DNA from: Candidatus Moraniibacteriota bacterium
GTDB taxonomy: Bacteria > Patescibacteriota > Minisyncoccia > Moranbacterales > GCA-2747515
NCBI GenBank assembly: GCA_040772365.1
Contig: JAXGYI010000006.1
Span: forward strand, 4,014-68,013
DNA: 64,000 bases
Direction: 5' to 3'
In this document: in pieces, positions 42,018 through 51,191 of the stretch
Layout: every line of letters begins with the position of its first letter
Numbering within the stretch: position 1 is the first letter of the stretch
Translations under genes and position numbers: made by a program
The notes under the pieces: generated by a model
Told to the model about the DNA's origin: nothing
Databases searched by the model: none
The model's input: only the letters and a program-made list of their open reading frames with translations

Positions 42018-42821
42018 TTACTTGCAGTCGCTGCTTATGAACTTGCCCCAAGTCCTTTGACTTAGTGATCCAGTTTCATCTTCATTAGGTGCGACTTGCA
42101 TCATTACTTTCCAGAATCCAGTTGGTCCTGCCATAGCTGGACTCCAGTCCATTTTAGCTCCATCTTCAGATCCTAAGCTTACTCTAAGATTTCCCCATGA
42201 TGTGAAGAGTACTCTTGATACCTTATCTTTAATTGAGCTGTCAGAATATACAGCTTTCATAATCTGGAATGAAACTATCTTCGCACTATCGCAATTTGGA
42301 AGTGCTCCATTGCCAGCATTTACGATAACCTCGTAAGGCGGAGGCGTGGTTGATTTTGCAAAATTACTTTTTGAATCCCAGATAGTGATCTCAAATTTAT
42401 CACTTATTTGTTTAATATTGCTTTCTATTTTTGCAATAGGGTCAGTTTTCTCTTCTTCAGTTTTAGTTGGGGTTTCAGTTACAGGCGCAGGTTGAGGTTC
42501 TGCTTGAGTTGCTACAGCTTGCGGTTCTTCAGTTTTCTGCGGTTCTGGTTGCGGCTGCTTGTTTTCTGTTACAGTAACCTTATTTTCAACTGGCGCAGAT
42601 TTGTTTTCAGATTTATTTCCTCCATAAATAAATATGGCAAGAATGATTACTCCAATAATTGCAAAGCCTTGCTTTTCTTTACTCCAAGTTGTTTTATGGG
42701 TTATATACCACATGGCAAACAGTGGCCATATTAGCAAGGCAATTATGATGCCCCACCATTTTTTATACCATTCTTTTTGAGCATTTTGAGTCTGCTCAAC
42801 AGACTTTGTTTCTTTTTCCAT
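42018..42821 (-). CDS. Membrane-anchored exported protein (possible superinfection-exclusion type)
   Basis: WYKKWW motif, two TM helices, Pro/Glu/Thr linker, C-terminal domain with two Cys. Confidence 0.75.
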   Translation of the reverse strand: MEKETKSVEQTQNAQKEWYKKWWGIIIALLIWPLFAMWYITHKTTWSKEKQGFAIIGVIILAIFIYGGNKSENKSAPVENKVTVTENKQPQPEPQKTEEPQAVATQAEPQPAPVTETPTKTEEEKTDPIAKIESNIKQISDKFEITIWDSKSNFAKSTTPPPYEVIVNAGNGALPNCDSAKIVSFQIMKAVYSDSSIKDKVSRVLFTSWGNLRVSLGSEDGAKMDWSPAMAGPTGFWKVMMQVAPNEDETGSLSQRTWGKFISSDCK

Positions 42822-42880
42822 AATTTTTCGTCTAGGTTTTTTAAAATTATTTCAAAAATTGATTTTTAAGTAACACAAAA

Positions 42881-42972
42881 GGTCCCGCGAGCCGGACGAC
42901 AATCCCTTTCGAGACTGCCCGATGAACCTTTCGGAACATCGACCTAGACGAATAAGCGCCGGTCACGAGACC
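42881..42972 (-). ncRNA. C4/CI-like multibranch cis-antisense RNA candidate
   Basis: Closing stem GGTCTCGTGACCGG/CCGGCTCGCGGGACC, two GAAA-capped hairpins, single-stranded TATTCGTCTAGG complementary to upstream and downstream targets. Confidence 0.6.
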
Positions 42973-42995
42973 GTTTCTATTCGTCTAGGATTCAT
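42963..42995 (-). CDS. Leader uORF MNPRRIETVS
   Basis: ATG 42995 to TGA 42963; overlaps the upstream antisense target and the RNA 5' stem. Confidence 0.4.
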   Translation of the reverse strand: MNPRRIETVS

Positions 42996-43049
42996 ATATT
43001 CTGCCATGCCCACGCCTTTCGTCATGGGTTTAGGCAATGTTGTACCCCA

Positions 43050-43078
43050 ATTATTACATTTTTAAGGAACCTTTTCAA
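43050..43078 (-). promoter_or_regulatory. Promoter for the leader RNA and 267-aa gene
   Basis: TTGAAA-N17-AATAAT with TG extension. Confidence 0.55.
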
Positions 43079-43087
43079 TACCTGTGG

Positions 43088-44458
43088 TTATTTCATGGGG
43101 GTCTCATCTTTTTTGGCTAGTTTTAACTTCTTATTTATAAAAATAAGCCTGCTTTTCAGGCCTGCTAGCAACTCTCGCTTTTCATCAATTTTTCCTTCCC
43201 TTAGGACATACTTGGCATAAGTTCTGATATCAAAATTTTCTTGGAGCTTGGCTTCTTTTTCTTTGCCTTGCATCATGAGTACAGTTTTCTGGAACTGGTT
43301 GTATCTTTCGATTTCTTCCTCAAATTGTTTTCTAAGACCGATCTCATCAATTTCTAGTTCATCAACAATTTTCACTAGATCATTTATTAAATCTATTTCT
43401 CTCGCGTATCCAGCTTTGCAATGCAGATCTCTCGCCTTGGTACATCCATAGTAGATATGTTTATTTAGCCCGCCATTTTTTAATTGCTTGTATTTTTCTG
43501 TGGCAGTAATTCCCGAACCGCAATGTCCACAAGTTATGAGTTTGGTAAATGCGAACTCGCGACCTTCTCTGACAATGCGATCTCGCTTAAGTTGCTCTTG
43601 AGTGAGTTCGAATAATTCTTTTGTGATAAGCGGTTCATGATTTCCTTGATACCAATTTCCGCTATCTTTGGGATATTCAAATGGTCCATAATAGAAGGTA
43701 TTTTGAAGAAGCCGATAAATATTACTTAGTGAAAGATTTTTATTACTTTTGCCTTTGAAGTTCAATTCAAACCTAAGCCAATGATAAACCTTTCTTCCGC
43801 TCCAGTGATCGTATCCGACTTTTTCAAACATCCTTTTTATGATCGGTCCTCGAATTGGATCAATGACTACTCGGCAATTTCGCTCAGACAATCTTTCGTT
43901 GATATATCCAGTTGGAGTGCATGTTGGCCAAATACCCATTTCGCATCTTGCACGAAGTCCTCGCTTCACATTGATGCCCCTGTTATCATTTTCAAGTTTG
44001 GCTTGCGAGCATAAAATCATTAGCAAAAATTTTTCATTGGGAGAATTTTTGAATTGCTGACCATAAGTTCTGATTTCCATCAGAAGTTTTTGATCCATTA
44101 AATCAACCAGCGTTCCAAGATCGCCAGCGTTTCTGCTTAAACGATCGGGTGCCCAAGTCAGTATTCCGTTAAATTTATCTCTCCGAATATCTTCAATAAG
44201 TTCATTAAAAACTGGTCTTTGCGCTGAATCCTTAGCTGAGTGACTTTCACGTCTGATTTCCACAATTTCCAAATTCTCACGCTCCGCGATCTGGAGCATT
44301 TCTTTGACTTGGGAATCAATTGAAAGCACTTGGCGTTCCTCGGATTCGGTTGATTTTCTTGCGTACAGGCAATATTTGACCTTAGTCGGTTCTGCCTCTT
44401 GCTGGCCTTGAAAACCCTTGGAAATCCCTATTTTTTGCTCTACGGTTGTGTTATTCAT
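43088..44458 (-). CDS. Large serine recombinase (resolvase + recombinase + Zn ribbon)
   Basis: YARKST catalytic Ser, SAK...RP.F, DRLSRN, HEPLI, CGHCG...YYGC. Confidence 0.95.
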   Translation of the reverse strand: MNNTTVEQKIGISKGFQGQQEAEPTKVKYCLYARKSTESEERQVLSIDSQVKEMLQIAERENLEIVEIRRESHSAKDSAQRPVFNELIEDIRRDKFNGILTWAPDRLSRNAGDLGTLVDLMDQKLLMEIRTYGQQFKNSPNEKFLLMILCSQAKLENDNRGINVKRGLRARCEMGIWPTCTPTGYINERLSERNCRVVIDPIRGPIIKRMFEKVGYDHWSGRKVYHWLRFELNFKGKSNKNLSLSNIYRLLQNTFYYGPFEYPKDSGNWYQGNHEPLITKELFELTQEQLKRDRIVREGREFAFTKLITCGHCGSGITATEKYKQLKNGGLNKHIYYGCTKARDLHCKAGYAREIDLINDLVKIVDELEIDEIGLRKQFEEEIERYNQFQKTVLMMQGKEKEAKLQENFDIRTYAKYVLREGKIDEKRELLAGLKSRLIFINKKLKLAKKDETPMK

Positions 44459-44524
44459 ATAGTTATTACTTTATCTAATGAATGACGCAACCCTTGAATG
44501 AAGTCCAGACCCCTTAGAAATCTG

Positions 44525-45964
44525 CTAAAATCCCATCGGTTTTCTGGCAAAAACCCTTGGTGATCGCTTGTCCATTTTCACTGCCTCTCTGGCAACTATC
44601 GTAAAAGCATCAACCAAATCGTCGTGTTTTTCCTTGCCAAAACCAATGAGGTTTTCTATTAATTCTTCTGCTCCAATTTTGGGAAAGAGAATTCTACCAC
44701 TTGGGATAAGATTACTTATGGATGCAAGACGTGCGCGTTTGTCTGAAGTAACCTTACTGCCTTCAGCTTTGCAACCCTGAATGATTAACTGTTCAATGGC
44801 AACTCTTTGATATCCAACATCCTCAACAAAAATAATCCTATATCCCAAATATTGAAGCGATTCATACAGCAACTTAATTTGTTCAATGGTTTCTGTGAAA
44901 TTAAATCTGCTGTTTATTGGATTGGGCAAAATATAAATATGAAAATCTTTTCCATGTCCATAAATTGCAGCACTAACTATAGCAGTAAAGTCTGCTGACG
45001 TTTTTTGTGATATTGCCAAATCGGCTCCTATAATAACTTTCCTACATCTTCCCTTGGGTAAGGATGGATAATATTTGATTTGATCAGGATAAACAATCTG
45101 GTCTTCATCGGGAATTATCTCCAGCAGGTACTCACGTTTCCATGCAATCTCATTTCCAATGTTTTTATGTTCAATCTCAATATCTTTTAGAGTTGGATAT
45201 TTTCCTGACCACAATATTTCTCCTTTATCATCTACAAGAGGATAAGACTTAAAGACTCCGGTCGAACTTCCTTCTTCAATATCTCGTTTCAAATGCATCA
45301 GTAAAGAGTCTTCATGAAGAAGATTCCCAACAATCACAAGTTTTGTATTTCTATCTCCAGTAGGAATCACTTCACCCTTAAGCCAATCGTATGTTTTTTG
45401 TCGACCTTCTTTTGTTTTGGCTGATGCCATATCTTCAACATCGTCGCCAATAATTAAATCTGGGCGATGTGCTCCATGACGGAGTCCACGAATACTTTGC
45501 TCAGTAGATGCAACAGAAATTCTGGCGTTCATATTGGAAAAAACAAGAGAAGAAGAGCCCCACTCATCACTTTCTTCTTGAAAGGGTCCGAGATCATTTT
45601 TTAGTAACTGATTGCTTTCAAGCTCACGTTTAAGATTTATCATGTGCTGCTTTGCTTGATTTCTGGTTTGGCAAAGAATTAACACAAACTTCTTTTGTTG
45701 TTTTCCAAGAATTGCCCATATTGGATATGAGGTTGTAATTATGGTGGATTTTCCAGAACCCCGAAAAGCTACTATGTATAAATTTTTAACTTTTTTATCT
45801 TCCGTAAGATTAAACATTTCTTCTTGGAAATATGCAGTCTCATATTTTACATAATGAGGAAAATAGAAATTGAAAAACATGATATGACTTTCTTTAGTCA
45901 CCGCAATTCTGACAGCTCTGTCAGACATCATCCTATTAGTTAATTTTTTGTTTATTACTTTCAT
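44525..45964 (-). CDS. Phage terminase large subunit-like protein
   Basis: Walker A FRGSGKS, Walker B IIGDDVE, RNase H-like GADLA, K..R, HDDLVDA. Confidence 0.88.
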   Translation of the reverse strand: MKVINKKLTNRMMSDRAVRIAVTKESHIMFFNFYFPHYVKYETAYFQEEMFNLTEDKKVKNLYIVAFRGSGKSTIITTSYPIWAILGKQQKKFVLILCQTRNQAKQHMINLKRELESNQLLKNDLGPFQEESDEWGSSSLVFSNMNARISVASTEQSIRGLRHGAHRPDLIIGDDVEDMASAKTKEGRQKTYDWLKGEVIPTGDRNTKLVIVGNLLHEDSLLMHLKRDIEEGSSTGVFKSYPLVDDKGEILWSGKYPTLKDIEIEHKNIGNEIAWKREYLLEIIPDEDQIVYPDQIKYYPSLPKGRCRKVIIGADLAISQKTSADFTAIVSAAIYGHGKDFHIYILPNPINSRFNFTETIEQIKLLYESLQYLGYRIIFVEDVGYQRVAIEQLIIQGCKAEGSKVTSDKRARLASISNLIPSGRILFPKIGAEELIENLIGFGKEKHDDLVDAFTIVAREAVKMDKRSPRVFARKPMGF

Positions 45965-46344
45965 TTCCGCTTCTTAAAAGATGCGAGGCGCAAAGCTTCT
46001 CTAACTGCACTAGCTTGTTCTGGTGTTAATTCTTCTTGCGGTTCTGATTTTGTTGTAATCTCAACACGTTCTTTGAACTTTTCATGACGATGATTTAACC
46101 AAAATCTAATCGCTGGAAAATTCTTTTCTTTGATTAATGATATGAGTTGAGACTCGCTCATATCATTTACCAGGGCTTCACCTTCAGACAATGCTTCATC
46201 CAAAACTTTACGAAACTTCTTATCCTTATCTCGCCAACGATAAACGGTAGCTCGAGAAACTCCAGCTTTCTCGCAAGCCACTTGGATGATTGGAATTTTC
46301 TTGAGATTATCCAAAAAAAGTTTTTTAGTGTCATTGCTTTTCAT
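45961..46344 (-). CDS. HTH protein, putative terminase small subunit
   Basis: ACEKAGVSRATVYRW HTH, AIRFWL; overlaps start of large subunit. Confidence 0.75.
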   Translation of the reverse strand: MKSNDTKKLFLDNLKKIPIIQVACEKAGVSRATVYRWRDKDKKFRKVLDEALSEGEALVNDMSESQLISLIKEKNFPAIRFWLNHRHEKFKERVEITTKSEPQEELTPEQASAVREALRLASFKKRK

Positions 46345-46610
46345 ATTTGTTTTGCCTTTATTCCAAAAGTTTTATCAAATCGATTGATAATTGTTTGGCA
46401 ATATTCAGGATCAAGTTCGACCATCACACATTTTCTTTTGGTTTGTTCACATGCCACCATAGTTGAGCCGCTGCCTCCGAAGCAGTCATAAATAACTTCA
46501 CCGATTTCCGTACTATTGAGAATAATTCTGCGAAGTAGACCGATTGGTTTTTGTGTAGGATGCAATGAACTTTTATTTGGCTTTGGATAGTAAAGAATCG
46601 ATTTATCAAT
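46341..46610 (-). pseudogene. 3' remnant of N4/N6 DNA methyltransferase
   Basis: HPTQKP, DCFGGSGST, ELDPEY present; catalytic DPPY half missing. Confidence 0.85.
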
Positions 46611-46781
46611 GATACGAGGCAAATAATTAAATGTTTAAGGAATAAAATATTGCTTAAAGATGATTTAACCACTGAAGATGAAGAGTTTCTTGGAAAATTA
46701 AACGAGGCACATAGCTTTCAACCATACTTAGGTAGTGGAAATAAATTCAAGGAAAGCGTTCAGAAATTATTTGAAAAATAG
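46602..46781 (+). pseudogene. 3' remnant of an unknown gene
   Basis: Open frame FINDTRQIIKCLRNKILL...VQKLFEK* without start, back-to-back with the methylase remnant. Confidence 0.45.
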
Positions 46782-46805
46782 AATAATTAAGTATCTCATA
46801 AACAA

Positions 46806-49211
46806 ATGGAAAGTAAGCCATACTCAGTCTATATAGATCATCGCCCTACAAGGATAGCATTCTTAGTTAATCCTGATGGTGATCAAGCTTGGATTGATAG
46901 AATAATTGAATATAACAGAGAAAAATGGGGTGGAAGATTCAACCCCATTATTTTTACCGATGGAAAAAATATCGAAGATAAGTGGTGGAAATTCTTAAAG
47001 GATTATGATCCAGATATTATCAAGTCTACAATGCCACTTGAAGACGATCTTCTTAAAAAGATTCGAATATTTTTAACACCTTATTCTGTAGAAGTTCCTC
47101 GCCAAGATGAACAATATATACATATTCCTGATGACCCAGTTTCAATATTTCCCACCAAACAAGGAATTTTGCAAATTTCTAGAAGCTTCATGGATGATGC
47201 TGCGAGTCTGGTAATGTTTGATGTTGAAAAAGATACTCCTGATTCTATAAAAAAGTTTTTAGAAAGAAATTTTGGTGTTCAAGAGGATAATCAAAGTACT
47301 CCATATTATATAAGAAAGTCCCTAAGAAACTGCGACAAAAAAATATACAAAATTAAAGATTTTGAATCCCTAAATGAAGCCCTCTTAGATTTAGGAGATT
47401 TTCATAATAGAATTGTATTTCCTGCTCAAATATGTTCGATTCCAAATTATTTTAAAGACACCGCTTGGAGCAATGAAACAGAAAAATTTACAGTTGTTAT
47501 AGGAGACACGCCTGATGAATTAGCGTACCTATGGAACAGAGCTTTGCAGATTAAAAGCTGGCTAAGGCAAGATTTTACATGTCTTTGGTTGTCCAATGAA
47601 TTAGCAAATAATGAAATCATTAAGCCAGGATTAACAAAACTCTTTATTCGCTTTTCTGAAAGAGTTGGGAATGATAATTATCGTGGAATAAATTTCGTAT
47701 CTTTTTCATTATCGGAACAAGAAATAACTACTTTTTCATCAAGTATTGATGGATCATTATGGAGGCCACGGCAAATAATCAAGTACAATGAAATTCAAAT
47801 ACCCAATTTTGATAACAGGGCATCATTTTTTATTTTGAAACGAGGTCTCGAACTTTACAGGGCTCATTCCGAGGAAGAGCACATTATAATAAATGAACCT
47901 AATACAGAAGAGGGTGTTATGGGTGGTCAACATTGGGTTATTGATTTGCATATTCAATATCGGCCAGAATTATTCGAAAACATACAAGGAATAGATTACT
48001 GGTGGCAATTACCAAGAAGAGCAAATATTTTTCATAGCTTAAGGATGTTTAATAAGGAGACAAGAATAAATGAAGATGGGATGTTTAGTATTAAGATGCG
48101 AAGAAAATCTCACATTGAGCCAGATGAAAATATTTTAGTAGTTAGACTTCCACAAGAAAGAGGAATTTTTCATGCACTAACCTGTGGAGATAGTTATGAT
48201 TTTTATAAAGGAACTGACAGAGAACGATTTATGTCCAGACCTTTTGATTCCATGCAACGCTCAGATAAGGGCATGTATTTATCTGGAATTTTAAGCTTAT
48301 TTCCTGACCTGTTGAATGCTCATTACCAAATAGAAGATAGCTATTGGAGAAGTATTTTTGAAAAAATGTCTAACAGAAATGCTAATAAGGATCCCGATAG
48401 AAAAACAGAGATAAAAAACAAATTAAAGAAAATTATTGATAAAAATCAGGATTATAATGATCCTCAAAAACTAGATTATCTAGCTGAGAAAGTTTTAGTA
48501 ATGGCAAAAAATAATTCAGTACAAGAGGTTGAATTTTATTTCAAAGATTTTCTTAAAAATTATACCAACGACGAGGGAAAGAAATTTTCAGATTTAGAGA
48601 CAGAAGAAGCTGAGAGAGCAAAAAATGATATAAAGGATAATATTTCAGGCTTGATAGAGCAAAACATTTTATTAGCTGGCATTAAGCCTAGATGTCCGCG
48701 TTGTGGCTATAGAATTTGGTACCACATAAACGAAACTCAGCAACATATTGATTGTAAAGGATGTGGCCATATTTTTTCCCTAGATGGTGAAGAAAGGTGG
48801 TCTTATAAGTTAAACAGCCTTGTGAGATCCGCTTTTTCACTGCATGGGACAATCCCTGTTTTATTAGCACTCGGACAATTGCAACATGATGTTAGATCAT
48901 CGTTTATATTTTTCCCTGGAATTGAACTTATTTCGAAAGATGAAGAAGAAAAAATAGATAATGAAATCGATTTGATTTGTATTAAGGATGGAAAATTTAT
49001 TATAGGTGAGATAAAACAAACGATAGGATTATTTTGTCCGGAGGATTTCAAGCGCATGGAGAAAGTTGCAAAATTAATCAAACCAGATAAAGTAATTTTT
49101 TCTTCACTTGATAAGCAACCAACTGTATATGTAAATAAGGCAATTGAATCTTTAAGAAATAATCTTAAAGATTTGGAAATTGAAGTTGAATGGTATCAAC
49201 TCCATTTTTAG
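46806..49211 (+). CDS. Large hypothetical protein with C-terminal Zn ribbon and PD-(D/E)XK nuclease-like domain
   Basis: CPRCG...CKGCG then EIDLICIKDGKFIIGEIK. Confidence 0.7.
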   Translation: MESKPYSVYIDHRPTRIAFLVNPDGDQAWIDRIIEYNREKWGGRFNPIIFTDGKNIEDKWWKFLKDYDPDIIKSTMPLEDDLLKKIRIFLTPYSVEVPRQDEQYIHIPDDPVSIFPTKQGILQISRSFMDDAASLVMFDVEKDTPDSIKKFLERNFGVQEDNQSTPYYIRKSLRNCDKKIYKIKDFESLNEALLDLGDFHNRIVFPAQICSIPNYFKDTAWSNETEKFTVVIGDTPDELAYLWNRALQIKSWLRQDFTCLWLSNELANNEIIKPGLTKLFIRFSERVGNDNYRGINFVSFSLSEQEITTFSSSIDGSLWRPRQIIKYNEIQIPNFDNRASFFILKRGLELYRAHSEEEHIIINEPNTEEGVMGGQHWVIDLHIQYRPELFENIQGIDYWWQLPRRANIFHSLRMFNKETRINEDGMFSIKMRRKSHIEPDENILVVRLPQERGIFHALTCGDSYDFYKGTDRERFMSRPFDSMQRSDKGMYLSGILSLFPDLLNAHYQIEDSYWRSIFEKMSNRNANKDPDRKTEIKNKLKKIIDKNQDYNDPQKLDYLAEKVLVMAKNNSVQEVEFYFKDFLKNYTNDEGKKFSDLETEEAERAKNDIKDNISGLIEQNILLAGIKPRCPRCGYRIWYHINETQQHIDCKGCGHIFSLDGEERWSYKLNSLVRSAFSLHGTIPVLLALGQLQHDVRSSFIFFPGIELISKDEEEKIDNEIDLICIKDGKFIIGEIKQTIGLFCPEDFKRMEKVAKLIKPDKVIFSSLDKQPTVYVNKAIESLRNNLKDLEIEVEWYQLHF

Positions 49212-49229
49212 CTAAAACTTTTACTAATA

Positions 49230-50324
49230 ATGAATAATTACAAACATCTCCGAGATTGCATCTACTACAGCGAGCTATACGACCGCATGACAATCGACGA
49301 ATGCGAATGTTGGGATAGCGAAGTTTATGATGCTTATGTAAAATCGGGTAAAAAGTTTGACCCAGCAAAACCATCGCGAAGACTTCATGGCGGACTTTTG
49401 GCGGATCTTCACTTGCATTTTGTTAAAGGTGAACGCTATCTTGATAAGGAAACCACGATCAATGAATGGATGAAACGCGATCAAGCAAAAGATGAAAAAC
49501 TGGAAAATGCCATTGAGACAAAAGGCGTGCGTTGCCTTCATTGCAGTAGATCACTAACTAACTGCATTTCTCGTGATCTGATGATTGACTCTAAGGGCAA
49601 TGAAGAAGTTGTCTTTTTATTTGAATGCGACAAATGCCATAAGCGCAGAGCCTATTGGGAAAACGGAATTGAATGGCGACCAAAACCAGTATTGTGTGAG
49701 AAATGTAATTCAGAAATGGAAAGCAGTCATAATAAAAAAGGAAGCGTTGTTGAAACCAGTTACCGTTGCCTTAAGTGTCATCACAAAACCACTTTTAGCT
49801 ACGATCTTAATGAAAAAGAAGAAGCTATTGATCCAAACTTCGAATCCAAGCGAAAGAAGTATTGCCTTTCGAAAGAAGAAGGCATTGAATATTCTATCGG
49901 TAAAGGACATCTTGAGGCAGCAACCAATCTCATGAAAGATATGGAAGAAAGAGAATCTAATAGTGACCTTTATGATGCTATTGCAAAAATAAAGAAGCTT
50001 ACTGTTGCGGAGCTTCAAAGTTTCCTTGATCCAGTCATAGAAAAAGCTGGCTATACCAAGCTTGAGTTTGAAAAGCCAGATATTCAAAAGGATGTGGTTT
50101 TAGGATTCGGCATTCAAGATGCTAAATCTGGCAGAAATGACCGCGAAAGCATTTATGATCTCCAAAGACTTCTCAAAACTAGCTTAAAGCCTACAAATTG
50201 GCGTCTAATGAGCGACGGGGTGAACTACCGCCTTGGATACCTCCAAGGTCGTTTAAAGGGCTTGGAAGGCGAAGAAAATCTCCGAAAGCTTGTTGAATGT
50301 TATAATAAAAATAAGATGAAATAA
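49230..50324 (+). CDS. Hypothetical double Zn-ribbon protein
   Basis: CLHC...CDKC and CEKC...CLKC pairs; C-terminal TNWRLM...YRLG.L.GRL. Confidence 0.75.
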   Translation: MNNYKHLRDCIYYSELYDRMTIDECECWDSEVYDAYVKSGKKFDPAKPSRRLHGGLLADLHLHFVKGERYLDKETTINEWMKRDQAKDEKLENAIETKGVRCLHCSRSLTNCISRDLMIDSKGNEEVVFLFECDKCHKRRAYWENGIEWRPKPVLCEKCNSEMESSHNKKGSVVETSYRCLKCHHKTTFSYDLNEKEEAIDPNFESKRKKYCLSKEEGIEYSIGKGHLEAATNLMKDMEERESNSDLYDAIAKIKKLTVAELQSFLDPVIEKAGYTKLEFEKPDIQKDVVLGFGIQDAKSGRNDRESIYDLQRLLKTSLKPTNWRLMSDGVNYRLGYLQGRLKGLEGEENLRKLVECYNKNKMK

Positions 50325-50328
50325 ATTT

Positions 50329-51129
50329 ATGATAATTGATTCTCACATTCACATCTCACTATACAATGACAATGCAAAATCATTGCCGGAAGCTTTTGAT
50401 TTGTTCTTGCAAAAGATGGAGAAAAATGAAATAAGTGGCGCGATAATTATTCCGGATAATATAGAAGGCAGTGACAGCATTGCTGATTTGGAAAAAGCTA
50501 TTACATTGATTGGTGCGCGCAAAAACTTGTTCCTTCTGGGCAGTCCGCAAATCATTCAGAGAGGATCAAGTGAATTGGAAAAATATCGAAAGCTTTTGGA
50601 GGATGGAAAAGTAAAAGGACTCAAATTTTTTTCGGGTCACGATCCTTATTATCCGACCGATGAGCGCTGTCAGCCGTATTATGAACTATGTCAAAAATTG
50701 GATGTGCCGGTTTTATTTCATACTGGTGAGAACTCAGGCGACAGCGAATGTGGCAAATGGAATGACCCAAGATATATCGTTGAGGTAGCCAAAAAATATC
50801 CCAAACTAAAAGTTGTCATTACTCATTATTATTGGCCAAAAATGGAATATTGTTATGACATAACTAGGGACATTTCAAATATCTACTTTGAAACGGCGGC
50901 CATGGCTGATGCCGAAGTGGTTGAAAAAAGCGGCGGGATTGAAAAGGTCAAAGAAATATTGCAAAAAACTATTACTGATCGACCGGACAAAGTTATTTTT
51001 GGCACCGACTGGCCGATGTGCAAAATTGAGGAGCATGTTGAGCTAGTGAAATCATTGGGGTTGAATAAGGATTTAGAAGAAGGGATATTTTGGGGAAATG
51101 CAAAGAAAGCTTATAATCTTCCGTTATAA
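50329..51129 (+). CDS. Amidohydrolase family protein (TIM-barrel metal-dependent hydrolase)
   Basis: IIDSHIH, GLK, PVLFHTG, ITH, FGTDWP. Confidence 0.9.
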   Translation: MIIDSHIHISLYNDNAKSLPEAFDLFLQKMEKNEISGAIIIPDNIEGSDSIADLEKAITLIGARKNLFLLGSPQIIQRGSSELEKYRKLLEDGKVKGLKFFSGHDPYYPTDERCQPYYELCQKLDVPVLFHTGENSGDSECGKWNDPRYIVEVAKKYPKLKVVITHYYWPKMEYCYDITRDISNIYFETAAMADAEVVEKSGGIEKVKEILQKTITDRPDKVIFGTDWPMCKIEEHVELVKSLGLNKDLEEGIFWGNAKKAYNLPL

Positions 51130-51191
51130 TTTGCCAAATAATTCAAAAGACGCTAGCATATAAAAATTAAAAAATAATACTATTAAGTAAC

